Source: Anthoceros angustus (Eukaryota; Plantae; Anthocerotophyta). From it: a DNA stretch of 64,000 bases. The notes beneath the pieces were generated by a model that saw only the letters and a program-made list of their open reading frames with translations, searched no databases and was not told the DNA's origin. The stretch is taken from contig MU008171.1 in NCBI GenBank assembly GCA_010909165.1, positions 744,001-808,000 of the forward strand. The letters are read 5' to 3'. The stretch's first letter is position 1. Each line of letters starts with the position of its first letter. A program made the translations under genes and the position numbers. Positions 49,341 to 62,510 of the stretch are shown in pieces.

Positions 49341-52155
49341 TGCAGGTAAGTGATTACCTGGGACCTAGGCTTGAGTAAGAGTCCGTGTCTTCCCTGTCTG
49401 GATCTCCAGACACAGGGACAAGCAGTTCTCAATCATCCGTCGGCGGACTTGTCCTACGTGCAGGAAAGGTGCACATCAGCAGCTCAACATTAGAGGACCA
49501 TATTGAACTGTGACTCGTCCAATGTCCCTTCTGCCAACGATCTAGTCCCTGCCCCTGCTCCAACGTCCGCTGGATCGGCCCTGTCTCAGGACCTGTCCGC
49601 AATGGACATGTCCTGTATCAGGCCTACCCGCGGCGGATTAGAAGTCCTAAGGAAACAAGTTGTCATTGTGATGCGCCTCCCTTGCCATCCCACGCTTACC
49701 CCAGGCCGCCCCAGGCGTGTCTTCACACCCCAGCTCGGCGCAAAGGCAGGCACTTAACAACGAAAATGAGGTCTGCAAGGTTTCACAACAGACAGTAGAG
49801 GAATTGAGTCGGAGCACCCACACCAGCAGGAACCACTTGGCAGATTGCTGCGCGCAAGAGCCTGGAGAAGACAGTCCGGGGAGCCCTGTTTAATGCGAAT
49901 GCAACCCTTTGGCCGATAGGGTAATTGGGGAGCGTGTTCTGTCGCAACCTCCTGTTCAGGGAGTTTACGAGCTATTGGAGGTCTCTTACGGGACGGTGCG
50001 ATGTCGAATCTGGGGTGTTGGAGCGGCGTACGTATACCTATTCATCCTCTGGCCCAATCTCAAGCAACGTCTGGGAGCTAGCATTCGACCTAAAGCAGTT
50101 CAACGCATTGTAGGGTCCTGAAGTTTTTAATGTGTCGGCTGTTTCTGGAGGAGGTAGTATGCACTCTGCGGCAGTTTATTTTAAGGTTTTGAGGGCCTTC
50201 GCTCCATCCATTTGACAATAGATTTAGTCTTGTCAAGGGTGGAGGCAAAGGAGGAGACAGACTCTGGTCTTGGTCATCTCGCAGCATGCTTCCTGGACTC
50301 CTTTGCCAAAATTTTGTTTAGATCGAGGACTTGGCTTTGTTTGGTGTAGAGTCTGCTTTATCTGGTGATCTGTGATATTTGCACGGGATTGCAGGTAAGG
50401 GATATGTTGCAAATGCGTTCTGTTTGAGCAGGCAACCGTGCAGTAGACGCAAGTTGATAAATCAGAGAACTTACTGAAAGATGGGGAAACTTGGCAGAGT
50501 GAACGGATCCAAGTGCAGTACCCAGTAAGTTGTTAGGAAGTTGACTCATTCTCAGGATATGCTCACTAGATGCGGAGAGACAGGAAGGAGGAGAAGAAGG
50601 AGTAAGGATGTGCCTCTGCCCACCTGCACAAAACTGTCAACACCATCACGTGAAGGTAAGGTGTCTGGAATGGTGGTCTGTATAGCTGGTGGGAAAGCAG
50701 CAAAAGCTACTGCCTTGCAAAGTACTTAATTCAATTCTTACCTTATTGATGGGTACATGTGGCCTAGCAGTCTATGTGCTGACACTCATTAGGATTGATT
50801 CTTTCCTCTCGTTTCGTCGTATCTAGTGGTGCCCTTAGCTTCTCTGCATTGTTGTCCAGTTGTACGTTATCGCAGCAAGATACTATACAACTGCTCTGAT
50901 TCTTCGTTGACCTTGCTCCATTGTGTTGATCGGTGTGTGCCTGCCTCAGGGTTGCCAAACAGGTCAGTAATGACTCAGAGGTTCGGGTCGCTGAAGGTAC
51001 TTCTCATCGGAAGGTACGGTGTCGCCTTCGGTGAGGGGCCTTGGTGAGGTGCATATACTATTTCAGGCTTTGAGATACCTACCACCTGAAGACCAACTCC
51101 ACCGGAAAATTTCGCTGGCAAGGATATGGTTCTAGTCAGTGATGTTTCTCAGCGTGTACCGAAGCTAGTTGGAACTTAAATGTAAAATTTGCAACGGATG
51201 TGGACTGATTGTTGGTATTGTGCATGGTAAAGTGTAGAGATTGCAGATGCAGTTGGTCGTGGGCACACGTTCATTTTGGAGCTCAGGCAGATAGACTGAC
51301 AGCTTTGCAAATTACGGAGGACATGTTGACGGTTGCAGTTTGCGTGAGTTGACACCTCTCAACTCGCCATGTTAGTAGGCCACTGAGTCATCCCTTCTGT
51401 GCAGGTTACTTCAAGCTCAGGAGGTGACAAATCAGAGTGCATAATTGCTCTCTTTTGTTGGTTATTGCTCTGGATCCTCGAGTTATTCACCTTTCAAACA
51501 TTGTTGGATACTCCAAAATGGGAGCCACTCTCATCTGCTCAACCATGGGTGGCCTTCGGACATCCATCCGCAGGTAATCTAATCTACTCCCTGCACAAGC
51601 CTTGTCAGATATTAAAACCTGAATGGTCTGCTTTGACCGCGTATGGACTGCCCCTGATCATAGGTTGTGAACACATGAAGAGAAGGCACAGGTCTATTGC
51701 AAGGTAAACAATGAGAGCAACGAGCACTAATCCATGACACATAAATCACACCAATGGTCCCCTTGGAAGGTCATAGTTGTTGTAGCTATCACACCTCTCA
51801 AGAGTGTGCCAGGGGCATATGGAACTCAAAAGGTAAGTATTAAGAGGCCAAGTCATTCTCAGGGTGTCATTGTTCAGGCAACCACCTTGCTGTTTTAGAT
51901 TTATCGTGTCACCTACCTTACGTCATTTCCACCTCTATGTAGCAGGGGGGAGTTCTGGTCATGCTGTGCACTCCAGGTGTGGGTTTCAGAACAAAATAGT
52001 CCAGTATCGCAAGGCCGTTAACTTTTCTGCTACCCAAAAGCAAAACTCATAATACTAGTGTACATTCTCGTAATAAGCAGATGCCGTCTACGCCCTAACC
52101 TACATGTGTCCACGGATATCTTACACTCAGTATACATACAGCAGTCAGTAACAAG

Positions 52156-54088
52156 TCAGAGCGAATTGAAGACGGGTGAAGAAGGACGGCCACTGCCAAC
52201 CCATGGAGTACCAAGAGGATGCTCGCTGTGGAATCCGGCATCGGGCATGTTTGGCACTTCAAACCTGAACGACAAAGCATTTCCGTCAAACCGACCGCTC
52301 TGTCCAAAAGCAGGGGGCCAAGGCTCGGGCGCCACCCTGAACCGGTTGGAGCCAGGAGGCCTTTCGACAGGCTCCGTTAGAGGCGGTCCGAAGCTTCCCA
52401 CCGGTAGCAATTGTCCCCTTACAACAGCGTCGGCGACCGGTACCAACGCAGCCGCGGGAGCCTCCTCATCCGCAAACCAAAATTGTGGGGGAGCCCGGTC
52501 GCCGTCCGCGGCTTGAGAGCTCATTGGTCCAGTCTCCTGCACCACGATAGGGGCCACAACGTCGGACGAGGAAGCGGGGTCGAGGATGTGGCCCGTGCGG
52601 AGAGCTCCATCCCACAACATGATGTGAAGTTGCACGGGCTGGCCTGTCTGTTTATGTAACAGCAGCTTGTTCTTGATGGTTGCTGTGTCGAAGCTTCGAA
52701 TGTTACCCGTGGAAGCCACCATCCATGGCGTCACCTTCACGCCTCCCACTCTGGATATGACTAGCAGCTTGCCCGCCTGGCAGGCTGCCTGGTAAACCGG
52801 CCTCAGGCCAGCCCTGTCAGCCGCAGTGCCCTCATCTACGGAAGAAACATGGCAAAATCCCTGCAACACGGCGAAAGAAAGCAGCTGCCGGTCACGGCAT
52901 GTACAAAGAAGCACATATGCAAGGGCTTCAAAGACTTCATCGAAGACATCCGAACTGTGTTACCTCTTCTGTGCGGCTTATGCCCACTCCTAATCGGCTT
53001 TCCCCTGGGTCGGGCCGGAGATCGACAGCCAGCTCCGCCGAGGCTGGGACATACCACAGACGAATGGCCCGAAGGATGTCGATGTCCAACCCATCGTACG
53101 CTTGCACATTGTACAGCCCTAAGTTTGCAATGGTTTCGGGATCTTGTTTTATGATACCTGTGGCCTTGAAGCCAGGTCCCTGAAAGTATTCCATTGCTCC
53201 TGTGAGAACCAGTCCATGATGCACATGAAAACATACTCACTTGTGGCTGGAATGTGGAAAGCTGGAGTAGACCTGCAAGAGGAAAGGCTCCGTTTGTATG
53301 TTGACAAAGGCAATTGGAACACCAGAAGCTTGAGCAGCTGACAGCCATGCCATAGCCCTTGCCGAAGTTTCTTCGGCATCCATATATGCGCTGGTTAACC
53401 TGTTTGGCTGGTGAGGCATCAACAGCAAGGAGAACACCATACAGGATCCCGGAGCAGGACAGAAAGCCTCCATTTTCCGCTTCCATGGATAGGGGGCGTA
53501 ACTGTCCTCTAATTTCGTGGCTGCTAACTTGGCCAGAAGCTGATCTCGATCGGTGTCCTGGCGCAGCGTCTTCGATCTTTCCATGACCAAGAGTGTGTTT
53601 TCTGCACATCGCCCGGGTTAAATCAACGAGATGAAGATGAGCCTGAGCGCAGGAAACAGAGGACGGGATCTTATCCCTGCAAAAGACATACCTTGGAGAC
53701 TTTTGCAATCCTCCTCTGTTGTATCGAGCAGCAAGCAAACGTAATTTGGATCATGATAAGCTGCTAGCAGAAACTGCTGCTTTTTTAGCAGATTGGCTTC
53801 CTCTGTCAACACCCTAGCGTGTATGTCCACCGCCTTTCCACCCCGCCTAACCCTCACAGAAACGCCATTCGGAGACTGCGCAAGCTTCCGCAGCTCTTTC
53901 TGAAGCCCGGACTTCCCTCCAGAAAAAGGTGCCACGGCAGTTGCCAAACCTTCCACCTTCAGCTGCTCCAAAATATCTCCAGGCAGAAAGCTTTCCGGAC
54001 TCCAAGATTCAGCTGCTACAGTCAGCGACTTCACCCCGACCACATTAGACCCGCTCCTCATGAGGGACTGCAGATCCCTTCGACTCAT
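52156..54088 (-). CDS. Conserved uncharacterised plant protein with PDZ-like segments, multi-exon
   Basis: APFSGGKSGLQKEL..VRVRRG; YPWKRKM; AQASGVPIAFVNIQTEP; RAIRLWY; LGVGISRTEE|GFCHVSSV..AADRAGL..KVTPWMV. Exons join in frame. Confidence 0.8.
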
Positions 54089-55429
54089 TTGGCCTCCCAC
54101 TGACTTAAGAGATTCCCTTCCAACTGAGGCCAAAAAGCAAAAGCCGGCTCTCGTATAATTCAGGTCACCATAGCTCCATAGGCTTCAACCCGCAAAGAGC
54201 AGAGAGGCATGACAACCAGGCCCCAAATCCCATCCTACAGCCGTCTGAGACCCGCAGCGTAAGGATCATCCACAACTTCCTTCAAACGCTCCAACGAAGC
54301 TCCAGGGAATCCGCAGGAATCGGCAGCTAGATCCGAAGACTTGATGTTGTACATGCACCGCGGGAAGAACAACAGTTACTGTGCGACAGAATTTGAAGGC
54401 ACCTGAGCCCAAGCGATTCCGCTTCGTTCCTTCCTTTCTCACAGCCAGCGCCGGGCGTGAGAAGGCGAGGTAAAGCCAAGCGAGCCTCGCTCACTTGAGC
54501 TTCAACAGACAGATTCCTGAGATCAGCCAGTTTCTATGTCCGTCAGCAATCCCGATGAAGGATGAAGCATCCCCATCCCCTGGAGCCAAACGCCACCGGG
54601 ATTCCAACCATGTCACTCGCCATACCAGCGACTGCTCATCTTCCACGGCCAGCTGACGTGAAATGCGCGTCAGGCTCCACTACCTTGTTTATTATATTTC
54701 ACCACGTGCAGAACCGAAAGCACTGGAAGATGCGAAAAGGGAATACCGCAACGCGTCTAATACATACGCACATATGAACAGACGTACATACTAGACTTCT
54801 CGGAAGTTCACACGGCTCGCCGCCGTACTTTCGGCGTTTTCCTCCCATAGGCTTAGTGCCAACATACTTTTCTAAGGCTGTGGAAGGAAACGTGCTTCGG
54901 ACCGGGACTTGTTTCCCTTCAAAGACAAACAACTTGACCACTCCCTTTGTTGTGAATCACACCCTTTCAACAAGATCTATATCTAAATGCCGTTCATGCA
55001 CTTCTCTCTACTTAGCTTTTCTTGTTGGTTTGAAGCTTAATGTCTCTAAGATCCGGGATCTCGCAAAGGAGAATGGCGCACCCCAAAACAACACGGATTT
55101 GACATTCTTGAGCTTGAGGCCTTTCAATGCCATACTCGTGCTTTTCCTAGTGGCGTTCTTTCAACAGAGGGTAATGAATCTAAATCCTTAGACAAGCCCC
55201 ATTTAATCACTTGCATGCTTGAAATACTTTGGTAAAGTAGGTGATATATAGGTTTCCATCTTTAGAGATAACTTTACCTTGTGTCTACAACTTTGTACCT
55301 TGTGTCTACAACTTTGTGTAGACACTGTAGTTTTATGGGTAGTCACACTTTTCGCTTGAAATGAGTAGATACTATTATTTGGATTTCATAAAACTTTATG
55401 AATAAATATGACATTAAGGATTACAATAG

Positions 55430-56278
55430 ATGTGGAGACTTTACAAAGATGCACAAATAGGAAGTCCTATCTACATTGGGGCGATGGGGAACAACCCTCT
55501 AGAGGCCCCAGGCCAAGGGGGAATTAGGCTCCCCAAAGACGATGGGGAACAACCCTCTAGAGGGCCCCAAGCCAAGGGGGAATTAGGCTCCCCAAATGTC
55601 TTTGAAGCTACCTACTGCTCCCAAGATGTCATTGGAATAGGAAAGGACCTACTAACCACCGGAGCTGAAGATGCTACGTTCCCCACATTCCAAGTTGTCA
55701 TGAAAATTGCGTTTTCCAACGGCCTTTGCACACCAATAGATAGTCGTTGCGAGAAGAAAGCCACCACATAGGAAAGAAGGAGACCTACCCCATTCTTGCG
55801 GATGTGGCATGGTTTAGCACAAGCCTTGATAAACCTCGAGAAGTCCTTGCCCATGGCCCCACGTGTCTAAATAGCAAGGGGAATGAAAGCATGGCCTTCC
55901 TAAGGAAGGTGTACTTGTGAACCTTGCTGTAGCACATCCCTCCGTCACCCAACCCAGAGGCTTGATGATGACATGCTCACGGACGGTATCCCAAGTAGGT
56001 TCTATTATAACCACATCTGCAGCGGAGACCTGGTCCCCCGGGTCAAAAATAGGTTAGCCCTGAGAGAAACGCCGCTAGAAAAAGCATATGATCGCTCCTT
56101 GAAAGGATAGAATCCGCTCTCCTTAGCAATGGAGAACATGATGTCTCGCAATCGGACTGCGTCATATGTAGCAATGCGCTTCCCACCTATTGAACCACGA
56201 GCTAAGTGGGTCCCACAGTCATTGAGAGTGGCCCCACAGCTCCAGGTCGCGAGAGAACAGGCCAGAGGTTGGACCAAG
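55430..56278 (-). mobile_element. CRE-like LINE, 3' part (split by the 7.18-kb insertion)
   Basis: SCGATLNDCGTHLAR..GGKRIATYDAV; KACAKPCH..VAFFSQRLSIGVQR; 3' end ATGTGGAGACTTT at 55430. Confidence 0.85.
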
Positions 56279-56924
56279 TGTGGCGCGACTTTGGATGGCC
56301 GGTACAAGAGACAATCCTGGGTCGCTGTAGTAAGGAGTCCGCCTCCAAGAGAATGATGGGCTCCGCTTTGCCTCGTTTCAATCGTTTCGTCCCTCACTTA
56401 GTATCGGCCGCCTCAATACACCTATTCATCGCTTTTAAGCCTAACTACGCAACGCCACCGACAGTCAAGGCCAAACGCTTAAGGACCTGTCACCGTCGCT
56501 CAAGTTCGCCACTCAACCCTCTAGTCCGCTCCTCTTACCACTCTCACTACTCTCACCATCCTTGGGAAAAGCGGGTGGCTACGCGGGTCCGGACCTCCTC
56601 CGCTCGCTGCCTCCGTCCGGCTGCACGCCTCCCGAGTTCCTCCCTCACACGCCCGGCCCGTCTAACGCTGGGCCACCTCGACGCAAGGGTCCCTAGGCGC
56701 TACCCCGCACACACCACCACACGTTAGGGTCCGTCACCAAGACCTTGATCGCCTCGCCGGGCCACCGCCATGACTGTGACTCGCGTTAACAAGAAGACAC
56801 CCAAGGGCGCTGCCGAGCAGCATCAACACCAAGAGAAAGATACTTTACTCGAGGCCTCGCCTCTTATACTACGCCCAAGGTCGGCCTTTATTACACCCTA
56901 TTGGGCCAGCTCGGTCGCCCTAAT

Positions 56925-59900
56925 CGCCGCCTACTATTCTCCTTATTCCTCCTATCTACGCCGTGGGGGCCGGATGGCCCTAATCTGCCTGCACCGACGC
57001 CCAAGGCCGAGCCCCGACGATCGGGGCGCACCCAATCGGATGATCCGCGAGGCGGACCCCTACCTCTCCCGAGGGTCTGCTGCCGCGCACGGCCAAGGGC
57101 TCGACAACGGCGGCCACCACTAAGTCCTCCTCCTCCTCTCTTATCTCTCTGGCGGCCTCGCCTCCCGGGGCCCTCCAAGAGATGGATCCGCCGGCCGGTG
57201 TGATTGGTGGCTCTCCCCACTCGAGTCCGGACCTCCTCCTCACGGCTCGACCGAGTCCGGACCTCTAGGTCCGCCTTCTCCGGGGTCCGGTCCTGTCCGC
57301 CTTCTTCGAGTTCGACTCGGGTCCGGACTTGCCTCGGGTCCGGCCTCCTGGGCCCAACCTTCCTCGAGTCCGGACCTCGTGGTCCGGCCTCACTAGAGTC
57401 TGACCTCTAAGTCCTCCTCCTTGAGGGGACTTGAGTCCGGCTCAGAGTCCGGACAAAGTCCGGTCTCACTGACTCGGTTTTGCCTCCTCACGGCTTATCA
57501 CGGCTCACCCACCGAGCCTTCCGTGGTTCGGGTTCCGGGTTCCGTGCGCCCTTCCACGGCCTCCTGTGGCCCTCCCCTTCCTTCCTTGCGGAGGTGCAGA
57601 GTGCTTACCTCCCGGGTCCTTCCTCGAGTCCGGACCTCCTCCTCCAGGTTTCTTCCTCGCCGCCGCCGTTGTCGCCAAATGCCCACCTAGGGTCCCTGGT
57701 CAGGCTGCCCCTGTCCTTCCTCGCCTCCTCCTTCCGACCCTTCCGAAGTCCGCCCACCGCCTAGGGTGGCGCAAGACCTGAGAGCCTTGAGGAGCTCTGC
57801 GTGGTAGTAGGCAAAGTCGGAATCGACTTGTTGAATTGCCTCCTCCACATGGGCCCGAGCACCCAGATTCCCTCCGCTGAGGTGCTCCGCAACATGTTGT
57901 CCACCGCCTGCCTCCGCTGTGCTTACCAACTGTAGCCAAGCGGACTCGATGCCACCAACCATACCTCCCCGCAGCCTTCGCCGCCGACGCTTCTCCTCCT
58001 CCCTTGTCGCTCTAGCTCCGCCAGCTTATCGCCATGGAGCCGAGCTCACCGCTTCCGAACCGGACAGCGCCTCCTCCTCCAGGTTTCTTCCTCCGCTCAT
58101 CCTTTCCCGGAGGTCCGCCACTTCCTTCTCCAGGGCCGGTATCCCCGCCCCGACTCGGCTTCCTCCGCCTCCTCGCCGCAGCCTCGACGCCGAACTCCTT
58201 GGACTGCCGCCTATTCTCCTCCGTCTTCAAGCGAAGCCGGATGAGGCGCCTATCTCCGTCAAGTCTTGGATTCTCTCGTTGAGAACCCCCGCCGCCCCGA
58301 TACGCCTTGAGTTGTAGCCTGTGGTATCCTTGCCGCCTCCAGCCTCCGCCGCTCTTCTACCTCCCCGCACTGCACTCGAGGTCCCCTATTTCCGGTGCCG
58401 ACCTCCTCCTCCTCACGGCTCGGCCGTGCTTGCTCCGGCCGCCTACTATTCTCCTTATTCCTCCCATTCACGCCTGGGTGGTGGGGCCGGATGGCCCTAA
58501 TTCCGCCTGCACCGACGCCCAAGGCCGAGCCCCGACGATCGGCGCACCCAATCGGATGATCCGCGAGGCGGACCCCTACCTCTCCCGAGTCTGCCGTCAG
58601 TGCACGCGCGGCTTTGGAGAACGGTCACCACTAAGTCCTCCTCCTCCTCTCTTATCTCTCTGGCGGGCCCCGTGGGCCTCCAAGAGATGGATCTCAGACG
58701 TGATTGGTGGCTCTCCCCACTCGAGTCCGGACCTCGGGCTGCCTCGACTGAGTCCGGACCTCTAAGTCCGGTCTTGGGCCCGTCGCCTATTCTCCTCCGC
58801 CTATGTCCGCCTTCGAGTTCGACCTGGGTCCGGACTTGCCTGGGTCCGGTCGGGCCCAACCCTTCCCCTCGAGTCCGGACCTCGTGGTCCGCCTCGTCAT
58901 TAGAGTCTGACCTCTAAGTCCTGGGGGACTGAGTCCGGCCTTCTTCAGAGTCGGACAAAGTCCGGTCTCACTGACTCGGTTTTGCCTCCTCGGCGCTTAT
59001 CACGGGCTCACCCACCATCCAACCCTTTTCGGGTTCCGGTTCGCCCTTCCACGGCCTCCTGTGGCCCTCCCCTTCCTCCGCGGAGGTGCAGTGCTTACCC
59101 GTGATTCTTCCCGCCCGGCCTCCTGCTCTCCCTCGCCGCTGTTGTCAAACAACACCTAGGGTCCCCATGTTGGCTGCCTCGTCCTTCCTCCCTCGCCTCC
59201 TTCCACCCATCTCGGAAGTCCGCCCACCGCCTAGGGTGGCGCAAGACCTGAGAGCCTTGAGGAGCTCTGCGTGGTAGGCAAAGTCGGAATCGACTTGTTG
59301 AATTGCCTCCTCCACATGGGCCCGAGCACCCAGATTCCCTCCGCCAGAGGTGCTCCGCAATGGGCATGTTGTCCGGCGCCTCCGCTGCTGGGCTTACCAA
59401 CCGTAGCGGACTCCTGATGCCACCAAGGCGGCCTCCGACCTCTGCAGCCTCCGCCGCCGACATTCTCCTCCTTTGCTGCTCTAGCTCGGCGCTTGGCCAT
59501 GGCCATGGAGCTCAGCTCACCTTCGCTTCCAACCGGACAGCAGCCTCTGCCTCCTCCAGGTTTCTTCCTCCGCTTCATCCTTTCCGAGGTCCGCCACTTC
59601 CTTCTCCAGGCGGGCGGTATCCCGTCAAACTCGGCTTCCTCCGCTCCTGCTGCAGCCGCTGACGTCGAACTCCTTGACTGCCGCCTATTCTCCTCTCCGT
59701 CTTCAAGCGGTGGAGGCGCTCTATCTCCGTCAAGAAGTCTTGGATTCTCTCGTTGAGAACCCCCGCTCCAATACGTCTTGAAGTTGTAGCTCAGGTATCC
59801 TTGCCGCCTCCAGCCTCCTCGCCGGCTTACCTCCCCTGCACCCCGAGGTCCCCTATTTCCGGTGCGACCTCCTCCGCCTCCTCGCCTCCCGGCCGCCTAC

Positions 59901-59930
59901 TATTCTCCTCCTCACGGCTCGGCCGTTAGC
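56925..59930. repeat. ~1.5-kb tandem repeat, ~2 copies
   Basis: Anchor CCGCCTACTATTCTCC at ~56927, ~58439 and ~59893. The peptide GARAHVEEAIQQVDSDFAY appears twice. Confidence 0.85.
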
Positions 59931-60899
59931 TGCTACCCCAAATGCCTCCTCCACCGATTCCGATCACGCCGATAGTGATCCCGGCCGACCTCCTCCTCCT
60001 CCGCCTCCTTGTTGCCTTCACCGAGCCCTGGTCTGATGTTGGGCTTGAGCCACCTCGCCAAGTCGCGGGCGTTCTCCTCCGCCTATGTCCCTCCTCCGCC
60101 TCCTTCCGCCACCTCCGCTCGCAGAGGTCCTCTCGCCTGCTTGGGCTCTCCCGGCTCGCACCGTCAAGAAACTTAGCCCGATCCTGCCAATGGACCAAAC
60201 TTCCTCGCCTCCCGGCGCCTCGATGCGGCCGAGGGCTTCCGCCTTCTTCCTCGCCTCCCGGCCGCCCTCCGCCTCCCCGGAGGAGCACCATGCGCTCCTT
60301 GTTGCCTCCACCTCCTGGGTCTTCGGCCCCAGAGACCCCGAGCATACCATCCATGACGGTAGCAGGACCCGCCGTGTCTCTTCCACGGCCGCCACTGAGG
60401 CCCCAAGAAGTCCGCTGGGGCGGGCATCTCGTCCGCCAAGGACCTCCATACTGCAGCCGAGGAGTCCGACTGGCTCTCGACCTAATCGTGACCCTCGTCC
60501 CGAGTGCCGAGGTCCGAGCCTCACCTTCCTTGGCCCTCTTGGCCGCCAATTCCTTGTTCGCCTCTTCTCCGGGGCCTTGAGGGTGAGGGGTTCGAGCCGA
60601 CCTTTTACCTCTCCCGAATATGGACTGCTCCGGTGGGCCGCCGCTGGCCTCCGCCTTGGGCGGCCCCTTCCGCCTTCGATCGCCTCCGCCTTGCCACCCG
60701 CTGGCAGAGGGGGCGCCCCGGTGCCGCGTTGACGGGTGGCACCGCCTCCTCCGCCGCCGCCGCCGCCGCCAATGGCCTCCGCCGCCGCGGCCGGGCGGCC
60801 GGTCTGGCTTGAGCTAGAGCCGCCAACTCCCGCCTGGGCCGCGCCGGGCCGCCCGGGTACCAGAGGAGGGAAGGGATGTCCTCCCACACTTCCTGGTGG

Positions 60900-62510
60900 C
60901 GAGGGGTCCGCCTCACGATGGAGTCCGGGATTCCTCCGCCGCCTCCCGACCCTCTTGCTCCGGACGGACGGGCCTCCGCCTCCTGCGCCCTTCCTTCCGC
61001 CTCCGGTAGGCGGCCGGCCCCGGTCGCGTTCCTCTTCACCCTCCTTCGGGAGGTTCGTGCCCACACATGAATTAAAAACGGCGATAACGCCGACGGAGGA
61101 GGCTTCTCACACCTCGCCAGTTTCGATTGATCTCAAGATGATCCTTCCCGCCGCCTCCTTCCCTCTCTGCAGCGCATGTGAACACCAGATTGTCACCAAG
61201 GTGATCTACCTTGGTGAGCATGTTCTAGTGGACAATGATCCTTGCCACGCTCACCTCCGTCCAAAGAACTGACATCAACCACCGTTGTTCGTAAGGCCCT
61301 CGGCTTCTTGCCACTCCGTTGGCGAGGCGAAACACAGCGCCGTCACAGGTCTTTGCGTTGGCCGGGTGGCGGCGCGTCTTAGCCTCTTGGTCCCCGCAGT
61401 CCGTCGGAGGCCTCGTGTTGTCGTCGTTCTTTGGGGTGATGCATCGAGCTGGGGCGTAACTCATACGATGCGCCTCTTCTTCTTGTTTTTGAGTGCGAGG
61501 AGGAGCGAGGATGTCCTCCACTTCCCTCGGTGGCGAGGTCCGCTCAGGGCGTATGGAGTCCGGGATTCCCTCAGTCTTCTTCTCCGGACCCTCTTGCCGG
61601 ATGGGTGACCTCCGCCTCCTGCGCCCTTCCTTCCGCCACCTCCTAGGGTCCCCTATTTCCGGTCGCGTTCCTCTTCACCCTCGCCGGGAGGTTCGCGTAC
61701 ATGAATTAAAATGGCGATAACGCCGACGGAGGAGGCTTCTCACACCAGGCTTCTGATTGATCTGGCGAAGATGATCCTTCGATCGCCTCCTTCCCTCTGC
61801 GGCGCATGCGGGAACACCAATAGATTGTCACCAAGGTGATCTACCTTGGTGAGCATGTTCTAGTGGACAATGATCCTTGCCACGCTCACCTCCGTCCAAA
61901 GAACTGACATCAACCACCGTTGTTCGTAAGGCCCTCGGCTTCTTGCCACTCCGTTGGCGAGGCGAAACACAGCGCCGTCACAGGTCTTTGCGTTGGCCGG
62001 GTGGCGGCGCGTCTTAGCCTCTTGGTCCCCGCAGTCCGTCGGAGGCCTCGTGTTGTCGTCGTTCTTTGGGGTGATGCATCGAGCTGGGGCGTAACTCATA
62101 CGATGCGCCTCTTCTTCTTGTTTTTGAGTGCGAGGAGGAGCGAGGATGTCCTCCACTTCCCTCGGTGGCGAGGTCCGCTCAGGGCGTATGGAGTCCGGGA
62201 TTCCCTCAGTCTTCTTCTCCGGACCCTCTTGCCGGATGGGTGACCTCCGCCTCCTGCGCCTTCCTTCGCCTCCGGTAGGCGGCCCGCTTCCGGGGTCGCG
62301 TTCCTCTTCACCCTCGCCGGGAGGTTCGCGTACATGAATTAAAATGGCGATAGCAGCGAGGCTTCTCACACCAGGCTTCTGATTGATCTGGCGAAGATGA
62401 TCCTTCGATCGCCTCCTTCCCTCTGCGGCGCATGCGGGAACACCAATAGATTGTCACCAAGGTGATCTACCTTGGTGAGCATGTTCTAGTGGACAATGAT
62501 CCTTGCCACT
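60900..62510. repeat. ~634-bp tandem repeat, ~2.5 copies
   Basis: CATGAATTAAAA at 61066, 61700 and 62333. Identical 107-aa ORFs at 61285 and 61920. Confidence 0.9.

Noticed and set aside
55140-55190. Plus-strand VAFFQQRV resembling the CRE motif
   Set aside because: Too short, and the flanks do not align convincingly.
59926-61272. Long overlapping ORFs (207-348 aa) on both strands
   Set aside because: Low-complexity, GC-driven open frames inside the insertion, with no domain motifs.
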